Shown here: positions 63,257 to 64,000 of the stretch, piece after piece | Layout of the letters: each line of letters begins with the position of its first letter | How positions within the stretch are numbered: the stretch's first letter is position 1 | From: Chiloscyllium plagiosum | Taxonomy: Eukaryota | DNA length: 64,000 nucleotides | Assembly: GCF_004010195.1 (NCBI RefSeq) | Contig: NC_057756.1 | Span: 405,805-469,804, forward strand | Direction: 5' to 3' | Program-made: the position numbers and the translations under genes | The notes under the pieces: model-generated | The model's input: only the letters and a program-made list of their open reading frames with translations | Databases searched by the model: none | Told to the model about the DNA's origin: nothing

Positions 63257-63790
63257 TGGCACTTTGTGATTCCCTTACAGACTCTGTGAATCACTGTGAT
63301 TCTCGTACACACTCTGTGACACTCTGTGATTTCCTTACCCTTTCTGTGAATATCTGTGATGCCCTTACACACTCTGTGATACTCTTACTCTGTGAATCTC
63401 TGTGATTCTGTTACACATTCTGTGAATCTCTGTGATTCTCTTACACACTCTGTGACACTTTGTGATTCCATTACACAATCTGTGAATCACTGTGATTCTC
63501 TTACACACTCTGTGACACTATGTGATTCCATTACACAAACTGTGAATCACTGTGATTCTCTTACACACTCCGTGACACTCTGTGATTCCCTTTAATCACT
63601 CCGTGACACTCTGTGATTCCCTTACCCTCTCTGTGAATCGCTGAGACTCTGTAATTCTCTTGCACACTCAGCATATCTCTGTGATTCTCTTACACACTCT
63701 GTGACACTCTGTGATTACCTTACACGCTCTGTGACACTCTGTGATTCCCTTACCCTCTCTGTGAATCTCTGTTATTCTCTTACACACTGT
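63257..63790. repeat. 30-bp minisatellite (~ACTCTGTGAATCTCTGTGATTCTCTTACAC)n
   Basis: About 17 degenerate units with an internal TGTGA sub-period. Confidence 0.95.
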
Positions 63791-64000
63791 GTAGGACCAG
63801 AATTTTGCCTGAGCATCGATATATTGGAACTTTTCTAGCATATATTTCATGGCATGAAAATTAGGCTAAGCATAGTAAATGAAGTGATCATTTTGCATAC
63901 TCAAAACTTTCATCACATAACACAGAATACTGAGGATTTATGCATTTGAGAGGTTTTATTAGGGTGTTTAAAAGATAACAAAACAGGCAAATATATTTCA

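Noticed and set aside
63257..63790. CRISPR-like periodicity
   Set aside because: Contiguous degenerate tandem units with no unique spacers, no cas genes, and a eukaryotic context.
23000..64000. A second GPCR exon or pseudogene
   Set aside because: No further 7TM motifs or exon-A-like sequence seen on either strand, though a highly decayed copy could be missed by eye.

Overview
Eukaryotic, repeat-rich vertebrate DNA, very probably a shark or other cartilaginous fish (inferred from abundant HE1-type V-SINEs and their CR1/HER1-type partner LINEs). Only one host protein-coding gene is supported: a two-coding-exon class A GPCR of the GPR139/GPR142 lineage on the + strand. Exon A is ~1942-2017 and exon B is 22040-22950, giving ~328 aa with a phase-1 intron of at least 20 kb that contains a 500-N gap. 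The rest is mostly mobile DNA: two decayed Gmr1-like Ty3/Gypsy LTR elements (integrase before RT; one with a SCAN-like gag segment), many CR1 fragments, a Rex1/Babar-like fragment, three tRNA-derived SINE families, and three families of Penelope-like element (PLE) ends. Several PLE ends are fold-back insertions with 11-15 bp target-site duplications and carry minimal hammerhead-ribozyme cores. There are also tandem duplications and a 30-bp minisatellite. No CRISPR, rRNA or tRNA genes. Most ORFs in the track are transposon remnants or chance ORFs. I found no clearly new multi-gene system. The best leads are the divergent GPR139-like receptor, the hammerhead-bearing fold-back PLEs, and evidence that the gap hides more sequence than 500 bp. 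Repeat boundaries were read by eye and are approximate unless a TSD is quoted.
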